DNA of 64,000 bases, taken from positions 992,001 through 1,056,000 of the forward strand of contig CATNEN010000008.1 in the NCBI GenBank assembly GCA_950097015.1, written 5' to 3'. Under the pieces are notes generated by a model that worked only from the letters and a program-made list of their open reading frames with translations, was not told the DNA's origin and did not search any database. The position numbers and the translations under genes are program-made. This stretch comes from Macrostomum hystrix. Taxonomy: Eukaryota > Animalia > Platyhelminthes. Shown piece by piece: positions 11,325-20,683 of this stretch; position 1 is the stretch's first letter; each line of letters starts with the position of its first letter.

Positions 11325-11699
11325 TTTATATAGCTTTAATGTATCCAACAAAGAAAAAACAATTTTCTTAGCGTGTGATTTCCCAGCTGAGCAAAGCATC
11401 TAGCAGATAGTGCTCAACCCAGTCTTGTAGAAGGAAAAAAACGGTTCACTATCTGAAGTGAGAAGCCCCCTCATTGCCCACCGCCATCAAACTCACGATG
11501 ACAGTTTAGAGAGGCTTGGTAAAATTAATTTTGCAGGATTCTAGCTTGTAATGCCGGTTCTATCCCTCTCTCTTCTCTTCTCCCTCTATTTAGAGCTTGT
11601 GTATTTTTTGTAACAAAAAACTTGTTTTGCCGCTTGCCACTTCTCAAATCGACCAGTTTGCAGATGGCGGCAGTTTTCTTCTCCGATCGTCTCAGCTTT

Positions 11700-11890
11700 T
11701 TTCTTATCGGTATCTTTCCGTAGTAGCTGAAAGAACGTTCGCGAACACGCCCTCTCGTCAGACAGTGTACGCTCTCACTGTGCCTTGGGGTTGGCCCGAA
11801 TGGGTATTAATTGTACGACAAGCCTCCAAACCTGCTTTCAGCAAATTCATGTGCCAGGCCTTGCCGCGGAATCGAGCTCGGGACGCATGA
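11700..11890 (-). mobile_element. Degenerate SINE family A fragment
   Basis: GTCAGACAGTGTACGCTCTCACTGTGCCTTGGGGTTGGCCC...GCGGAATCGAGCTC matches the other copies. Confidence 0.7.
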
Positions 11891-12523
11891 TACTTGAGAC
11901 AAACTATCAGGCAGAAGGACCCGGCCTTTGCTGATGGCATAGAAAACTTTGTTTTGCCAGATTAAATTCACAAATAGTTTTTCTGCTTTGCTTTAGCTTC
12001 TAATTTTGGTCAGTTCCCCTCAGTGACCCGCAAATGTATTGGAGCTGGAACTGACGGCTAGTTAGGATAGGCTGAGAGACAGAACAACATTAATCTCTCA
12101 GCCTGCTAGTCTTTTGAGAAAATATAGATTCAAAGTCCAACGCAAATTTTTTTGAGAAACATTTTTTTGTAGGATAAGCCTTGGTCAGAGCTAAACTCAA
12201 TAGAGCTTTGCATATAATGAAACAAACTAATTGAAAAATAGCCAACTGCTTTGATAATACTCATCCATCTCTGATTATTGTGGAGCGGATCTGTTCCTGG
12301 ATTCATTCATCTTTATATTAATCTGACAGTTTTAATGTGAAATGCTTTGCTAAGCCTCACTGTTTGATAAGGCCGGACTAGATGAGCTGGGCAAATGATT
12401 GAAAAAAGTCATGTAATTCAGATGACTTTAACTGGATAGTTTATTAATTAGGCACTCTCTTGTGCAAACCTCAACTAAGCTGCTGAGCCGATTGGCGTTG
12501 CAATAAACTGGCTAGAATTCTGG

Positions 12524-13437
12524 GGTGGGTTCAGCCTGCAATGGTTTTGGGGTGGGTGTGCAATGGTTTTGGGGTGGGTGTGTAATGGTTTTGGGGTGGG
12601 TTCGCAATGGTTTTGGGTGGGTGTGCAATGGTTTTGGGGTGGGTGTGCAATGGTTTTGGGGTGGGTTCGCAATGGTTTTGGGGTGGGTGTGCAATGGTTT
12701 TGGGGTGGGTGTGCAATGGTTTTGGGGTGGGTGTGCAATGGTATTGGGGTGGGTGTGTAATGGTTTTGGGGTGGGTTCGCAATGGTTTTGGGGTGGGTGT
12801 GCAATGGTTTTGGGGTGGGTGTGCAATGGTTTTGGGGTGGGTTCGCAATGGTTTTGGGGTGGGTGTGCAATGGTTTTGGGGTGGGTGTGCAATGGTTTTG
12901 GGGTGGGTGTGCAATGGTATTGGGGTGGGTGTGCAATGGTATTGGGGTGGGTGTGCAATGGTATTGGGGTGGGTGTGCAATGGTTTTGGGGTGGGTGTGC
13001 AATGGTATTGGTGTGGGTGTGCAATGGTTTTGGGGTGGGTGTGCAATGGTTTGGGTTGGAGTGCAATGGTTTGGTTGGGAGTGCAATGGTTTGGTTTGGA
13101 GTGCAATGGTTTGATTGGGAGTGCAATGGTTTGGTTGGGAGTGCAATGGTTTGGTTGGGAGTGCAATGGTTTGGTTTGGAGTGCAATGGTTTGGTTTGGA
13201 GTGCAATGGTTTGGTTTGGAGTGCAATGGTTTGAGTGGGTGTGCAATGGTTTGGGTTGGAGTGCAATGGTTTGAGTTGGAGTGCAATGGTTTGGTTTGGA
13301 GTGCAATGGTTTGGTTTGGAGTGCAATGGTTTGGTTTGGAGTGCAATGGTTTGAGTGGGTGTGCAATGGTTTGGGTTGGAGTGCAATGGTTTGGGTTGGA
13401 GTGCAATGGTTTGGGTTGGAGTGCAATAGTTTGGGTG
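12524..13437 (+). repeat. G-rich minisatellite: 22-bp unit GGTTTTGGGGTGGGTGTGCAAT switching to 20-bp GGTTTGGTTTGGAGTGCAAT near 13050
   Basis: Read directly from the sequence. The long ORFs across it are repeat artefacts. Confidence 0.97.
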
Positions 13438-14864
13438 TTACAAGCTTACGCATCGTACAATATCTTTGATTTCGAATTATCAAAAACTCTCATCCAGAAA
13501 CTTGCGGTCGCGTGTCTCCAATGCTGGTAAATTACAGATCGCGAGGGTATTATTTTCTGCTTTTCCTGAAAAGAGAACCCAGAGCAGATAACGGAGGGCA
13601 GGATATGCAGAAACACCTGTTTCAAAGGTTTGCGTGATGGAGGCCCAGGGGACTAGCATTGGATGATTATAGATTATCGCAGCAGTCGGCGATTCTCATT
13701 TTTCTTTCTCTGTCCTGTCTGGTGAACTTATCCACTGTGTCACACTGCGCCAGTTTTTGTAATTCAGAATTTTTGGCTGCATTTCCAGATGCCCGTGAGA
13801 GGCGATGGCGCAGATAGAGTTGCCTCTCTTGTAGAAATGCAAAATAGCACCCACCTATTCATAATGAAGTCCGTGTTTTAATTTATGACTGCCTGTCTCC
13901 TACAAATGGTACCTTCAGTACCATAGACATTTCATGGAGCTGTCACTGGTTCGCGTATTAGAACCATTGGCGCACTCCCGAATCAATGAAAACTTTGGTT
14001 TCTATAGAAAGGTGTCTATTCTCTAGAGTTTGTTGCTTAGTTTCGTGCATTTAATATGCAGCCGTTGTCCCATCTTACCTTATTTGTGATGGTCCTCGAA
14101 AACACTTCCTTGCTGTGGCAGCAGAAATGAATGTTTCTGTTCCTTACTTTATTCCTACTTGTCAGTGAATTGTCGCTTGTTGACCCAACATTGTTCTTTC
14201 TAGTCACCTGTTAGATGCAGATCCGCTTTCAAGGCGTACAACAGTAATGCCTCGTCTCTCTATAAAAAAGACTGGCTCCTTAAGGGTATTGCTGCCGAAA
14301 AACCAACAAAAAGTGTATTTTCAGAATAAGTTTCTCGTTCCTCTCTGCATCTGTCTATTAGTTCTATGCCTGCCGGTATACCGGTATCTGATTGGTCCGT
14401 TGATTGGACCGACCAATCAGGGAGATGCAGCATTGTTGAACTGACACTTCAGCTTTCAAAATGAGCTATAATAGGAAACATTTATTGCTGCATCCACAAA
14501 TAAAATATACTAAAAAAGATGTTCAAATAATGCCTCCATATTATGCGCTGCAAGAATAGTTTTATCAATAACGCAAACAGGGCTCGGTACTTTGTAATGC
14601 AAAGCAACCTTGTGTACCTTACAGGTCAAGGAATGGATGAGAGAGGTGATGAGTCACGGGAGGGTTGATTCGAGGGAGATATGAGACATGGTAGAGATGA
14701 GACAGAGGAGAGATGAGGGAAGTGGGAATATATGAATTGTGAGTATGTGAATTGGCAGCATCCGGTTGGCAACCCCTGTGCCTAATGCAAAATGTGTTAA
14801 ATACATGTTTTTGACGTGCGCTCATAAAAACTACGACCAAAAAATGATAGACAAGGCGCAGTCG

Positions 14865-17800
14865 TCACTTGCCAGTCTTCGACTTGACAGTTTTATTGGC
14901 GTTGGCTTGTCTGTCTGCTGGAAATGCACCATTTTTCATCAGCAGCTGCTCGATCTTTGTTGAGCTAGCGTCCACAACCACCCCCACATTGTTGCTGTCG
15001 CTTAAAAGTACAAATGTTGGCACCGCTGTCACTTCGTAATTTTCCGCAACATCCTGCATGGTGTGATAAAAGCACAGCAGATCTGGATTAAAATGATAGA
15101 TAAATTTCTGCAATTCAACTCAGAAGAATGTGCTTCTCCCAGGTACTTCAAGACATCGGATCTAAAGCCCTCCGATTCTTCATGACATCGGACCTAAAGC
15201 CCTCCGATTCTTCATGACATCGGACCTAAAGCCCTCCGATTCTTCATGACATCGGACCTAAAGCCCTCCGATTCTTCATGACATCGGATCTAAAGCCCTC
15301 CGATTCTTCATGACATCGGATCTAAAGCCCTCCGATTCTTCATGACATCGGATCTAAAGCCATCCGATTCTTCATGACATCGGATCTAAAGCCCACCGAT
15401 TCTTCATGACATCGGATCTAAAGCCATCCGATTCTTCATGACATCGGACCTAAAGCCCTCCGATTCTTCATGACATCGGACCTAAAGCCCTCCGATTCTT
15501 CATGACATCGGATCTAAAGCCCTCCGATTCTTCATGACATCGGATCTAAAGCCCTCCGATTCTTCATGACATCGGATCTAAAGCCATCCGATTCTTCATG
15601 ACATCGGATCTAAAGCCCACCGATTCTTCATGACATCGGATCTAAAGCCATCCGATTCTTCATGACATCGGATCTAAAGCCCTCCGATTCTTCATGACAT
15701 CGGATCTAAAGCCATCCGATTCTTCATGACATCGGATCTAAAGCCCTCCGATTCTTCATGACATCGGATCTAAAGCCCTCCGATTCTTCATGACATCGGA
15801 CCTAAAGCCATCCGATTCTTCATGACATCGGACCTAAAGCCCTCCGATTCTTCATGACATCGGATCTAAAGCCCTCCGATTCTTCATGACATCGGATCTA
15901 AAGCCATCCGATTCTTCATGACATCGGACCTAAAGCCCTCCGATTCTTCATGACATCGGATCTAAAGCCCTCCGATTCTTCATGACATCGGATCTAAAGC
16001 CATCCGATTCTTCATGACATCGGACCTAAAGCCCTCCGATTCTTCATGACATCGGACCTAAAGCCCTCCGATTCTTCATGACATCGGACCTAAAGCCCTC
16101 CGATTCTTCATGACATCGGACCTAAAGCCCCCCGATTCTTCATGACATTGGATCTACATTGTAAAGCCCTCCGATTCTTCATGACATCGGATCTAAAGCC
16201 ATCCGATTCTTCATGACATCGGATCTAAAGCCCTCCGATTCTTCATGACATCGGATCTAAAGCCCACCGATTCTTCATGACATCGGATCTAAAGCCCTCC
16301 GATTCTTCATGACATCGGATCTAAAGCCCTCCGATTCTTCATGACATCGGATCTAAAGCCATCCGATTCTTCATGACATCGGATCTAAAGCCATCCGATT
16401 CTTCATGACATCGGATCTAAAGCCCACCGATTCTTCATGACATCGGATCTAAAGCCATCCGATTCTTCATGACATCGGATCTAAAGCCCACCGATTCTTC
16501 ATGACATCGGATCTAAAGCCATCCGATTCTTCATGACATCGGATCTAAAGCCCACCGATTCTTCATGACATCGGATCTAAAGCCCTCCGATTCTTCATGA
16601 CATCGGATCTAAAGCCATCCGATTCTTCATGACATCGGATCTAAAGCCCACCGATTCTTCATGACATCGGATCTAAAGCCCTCCGATTCTTCATGACATC
16701 GGATCTAAAGCCCACCGATTCTTCATGACATCGGACCTAAAGCCCTCCGATTCTTCATGACATCGGACCTAAAGCCCTCCGATTCTTCATGACATCGGAT
16801 CTAAAGCCATCCGATTCTTCATGACATCGGATCTAAAGCCATCCGATTCTTCATGACATCGGATCTAAAGCCCTCCGATTCTTTAAGGCATTGGTATTCG
16901 CTGCACTTTGTTTCTTAGGCCAGAATTATTCATTCACAGCAAATTCAGCACTCCAAGTCAAGTATTTTTTTAATTAAACTGAACTGACTGTATTTCTGAA
17001 ATCACAGTGGGAGTGAAAACACAGCCTGGTCTGATTTCCGCAAAAAATCTGATTTTCAATGTTTTCATTTCTAGACACGTGCAATTATAGACGCTTCAAT
17101 TTCCTGAACGGAAGCTAAGGGCATCATTAAATTAGCCAAAGTATGAAATACTGAAATCAAATTTCGACTCAGTTGAACATTTTCCTAATATTGCACTGTC
17201 AATGCTTCTAATGAAAATCAGAATCAAATAGCTAAGCAATACTACTACACTTTTTCAAGTAGTAAGCGAAGCTTTTTGAGTGTTTAGTTTCAAAAAGCTT
17301 GGCCCTAAATTGTTGAGACAGTACGTTCCCTAAGGTGCATATCCCATGAGGTCTGCTTTCCAAAAGCTGCAAAATCCCTGCACTGCTGTGGTGGGTTGTG
17401 GGCGATGGAACATCATTTGATGACACTGGACCCGCAGCCAGTGTGGAGGCAATTCGCCCATTTCTCTGACTCCTGAGCACAGATGCTCATAGGTACTGTT
17501 TGCAGGCACGCGCTTACACAAGTGTGTACATCTGCCCTGACTTTCTCATTGTCAGGCAGTGTACACTCTCACTGTGCCTTGGAGGTTGGCCCTCAAGGGT
17601 GTAAATTTCACGACAAGCCCCCAAGCCTTCTCTCCGCGGCTGCGCCCCAAATGAATGTGAGCTAACCGCGGAATCGAGCACCTCCATCACCCACTTTCAC
17701 ACTCCGATTGCCGAATTCAACAGCAACTCACTCACGGGCAGACTGTCTACGTTGATCTTGGCGAAAGCGACGTCGTTGAATCGGCGTGCAATGCGCTCCA

Positions 17801-18233
17801 GCCGCGGCGCGAACTCCACACAGGTTCCGCACCATTTGGCGCTGAAGCAGAGCATCACCAGGCGGCTTTGGTGACTGTTGCTTCCCTCATTTTTTGGCGT
17901 TTTAGTAGAATTTTCGAGCAGTTTCTGCAGATCAGAAGCGTCAGTCAGCTCAACCACAACAGATGGAGTTGGTAATGCTGAGTCAGTTTGCTCAGCCATT
18001 TCAGTCTGTTTTGTCTTGTCAAGCGATGCCATGCTGCCTGCTGCCTGGGAGATCTTTAACGACAGCTGCCGCTTCGACTCGTCTTGTTTCGCTAAGGCTT
18101 CAAGCGTTTGCTCTTCTGGCAGCACTTCATCTTTGGATTTTTCTTTGCTGTTCTTTGAGTTGACCCTCTTAACATTAGTGGTTTCTTTTGAATCATCCAT
18201 TCCGATTTTCGTCAAGATAATACTGTGCTTCAT
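14865..18233 (-). CDS. Thioredoxin-domain protein with a charged N-terminal extension and WCGTC active site (about 228 aa)
   Basis: Exon 18233-17736 (...FSAKWCGTCVEFAP...FAKINVDSLP|GTGAGT) joins in phase 0 to exon 15053-14865 (ATGCAG|DVAENYEVTAVPTFVLL), completing the thioredoxin fold. Confidence 0.85.
15144..16883. repeat. 32-bp minisatellite (GACATCGGATCTAAAGCCCTCCGATTCTTCAT), about 54 copies, in the thioredoxin intron
   Basis: The period of 32 was read from the sequence. Each unit contains the inverted pair ATCGGA...TCCGAT. Confidence 0.97.
17375..17680 (-). mobile_element. SINE family A copy, 5'-truncated near the B box
   Basis: Shares the family A body and ends at GCGGAATCGAGC. Confidence 0.85.
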
Positions 18234-18466
18234 TTGAATTCTTTTCTGATTTAGCAGCTACGCTCATACTATGGGCATTGAGTTGATTTAGTCTATGAAT
18301 CAAAGTTAGCTATCCAAGCATTGCATAGTTCAGAACTATGTCTTTTATATATAGCAACAATACGTCGTCCTTGACAGCAAAATACTCGTGCGAATACCTA
18401 CAGGTGTATTTCTCCGACTGTGTGTCTGGTATGCTCATGCATAACAATATGGGGAGTATGCCTTGT

Positions 18467-19750
18467 CTCACCATCAAATCCACTCACATCATTACCGATT
18501 CCACTCGTATCATTACCGATTCCACTCACGTCATTACCGATTCCACTCACATCATTACCGATTCCACTCACATCATTACAGATTCCACTCGTATCATTAC
18601 CGATTCCACTCACATCATTACCGATTCCACTCGTATCATTACCGATTCCACTCACATCATTACCGATTCCACTCACATCATTACCGATTCCACTCACATC
18701 ATTACAGATTCCACTCTCATCGTTACCAAATCCGCTCTCATCATTCCAAAATCCGCTCTCATCGTTACCAAATCCGCTCTCATCATTCCAAAATCCGCTC
18801 TCATCGTTACCAAATCCGCTCTCATCATTCCAAAATCCGCTCTCATCGTTACCGAATCCGCTCTCATCGTTACCAAATCCGCTCTCATCGTTACCAAATC
18901 CGCTCTCATCGTTACCAAATCCGCTCTCATCAATACCAAATCCGCTCTCATCGTTACCAAACCGCTCTCATCAATACCAAATCCGCTCTCATCGTTACCA
19001 AATCCGCTCTCATCGTTACCAAATCCGCTCTCATCGTTACCAAATCCGCTCTCATCAATAACAAAACCGCTCTCATCGTTACCAAATCCGCTCTCATCGT
19101 TACCAAATCCGCTCTCATCGTTACCAAATCCGCTCTCATCGTTACCAAATCCGCTCTCATCGTTACCAAATCCGCTCTCATCGTTACCAAATCCGCTCTC
19201 ATCAATAACAAAACCGCTCTCATCGTTACCAAATCCGCTCTCATCGTTACCAAATCCGCTCTCATCGTTACCAAATCCGCTCTCATCGTTACCAAATCCG
19301 ATCTCATCGTTACCAAAACCGCTCTCATCGTTACCAAATCCGATCTCATCGTTACTAAAACCGCTCTCATCGTTACCAAATCCGCTCTCATCGTTACCAA
19401 ATCCGATCTCATCGTTACCAAAACCGCTCTCATCACTACCAAATCCGCTCTCATCAATACCAAATCCGCTCTCATCGTTACCAAATCCGCTCTCATCGTT
19501 ACCAAATCTGCTCTCATCGTTACCAAATCCGATCTCATCGTTACCAAATCTGCTCTCATCGTTACCAAATCCGATCTCATCGTTACTAAAACCGCTCTCA
19601 TCGTTACCAAATCCGCTCTCATCGTTACCAAATCCGCTCTCATCGTTACCAAATCCGATCTCATCGTTACCAAAACCGCTCTCATCAATACCAAATCCGC
19701 TCTCATCGTTACCAAATCCGCTCTCGTCGTTACCAAATCCGCACTCTACC
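18467..19750. repeat. 21-bp minisatellite with a polar gradient (ATCATTACCGATTCCACTCAC to ATCGTTACCAAATCCGCTCTC)
   Basis: Read directly from the sequence. It lies between the divergent thioredoxin and TARP genes. Confidence 0.97.
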
Positions 19751-20344
19751 CAACAAAATCCACCCACGAAAATCTCCTTTATCTGCAACAACAGGCAGAC
19801 AGTGGCATTGGTGCAAGAGCTGCAGGAAAAAAGACCATAATTATAAAAAATCGATCCCACAAGAGATGCAGACTGGTGGAGCTGTTAGCATTGGCGTCAT
19901 TTGCTACCGAAATCTTACACCAACTGCCTCGCTGCCCCTGAATATGTCTAATTCTAGCATGCTGTGCAGCAAGTGGGTTTCGTTTTGCCGCTAAGTTGAA
20001 AATTGCTTTTATGCTAATTTCAGCTGAATTCGAACAAAACTGCCAAAAAAAACTGCTCGGTGGTGTTGGCGACTGGTTTTCGAGTGCTCATTTCTATCCC
20101 ATGGAGGTTAGTGGGGATTTTTTTAGTCGGGGAGATAAAATTCCAAAATAAAACTGCACCCAGAGCGCTTCAGTGTATGCACCTCAAAATGCCGGTTCCA
20201 GAGGAACTGCGAGCTCAAACCAACAATATAATAGCCAGGAAACTGCAAACAGCACCAGACCGGCAGACTGGACAGCAAGGCGACACGACAGTCTCGGCTT
20301 ATCAGCGAGAAATTTGAATTAAAGACACCACAGACAGAGAGACA

Positions 20345-20618
20345 CTTAAGAGATACACCACTAGACACTCAAGAGATACTCCACAGACATTCAAGAGATA
20401 CACCACAGACACTCAAGAGATACACCACAGACACTCAAGAGATACACCACAGACACTCAAGAGATACACCACAGACACTCAAGAGATACACCACAGTCAC
20501 TCAAGAGATACTCCACAGACACTCAAGAGATACACCACAGACACTCAAGAGATACACCACAGACACTCAAGAGATACACCACAGACACTCAAGAGATACA
20601 CCACAGACACTCAAGAGA
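20345..20618. repeat. 22-bp tandem repeat (GAGATACACCACAGACACTCAA) x about 12, just upstream of the TARP-like ATG
   Basis: Read directly from the sequence. Confidence 0.95.
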
Positions 20619-20683
20619 GTCCCCATAGACAGACAGAGGGACACTCAAGAGACCCACTAGATACAACCGACAGATAAACCACA

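Noticed and set aside
12524-13437. Interstitial telomeric repeat
   Set aside because: The units are 20-22 bp and contain no TTAGGG or TTAGG runs.
13915-14025. Small MITE with CCATAGAC-like ends (similar motifs near 48005 and 48098)
   Set aside because: The inverted ends are short and imperfect and no TSD is clear.
12475-19941. Long ORFs (250-500 aa) in the G-rich and 21-bp arrays as genes
   Set aside because: They are translations of stop-poor repeat units, open in several frames at once, with no domain or splice support.
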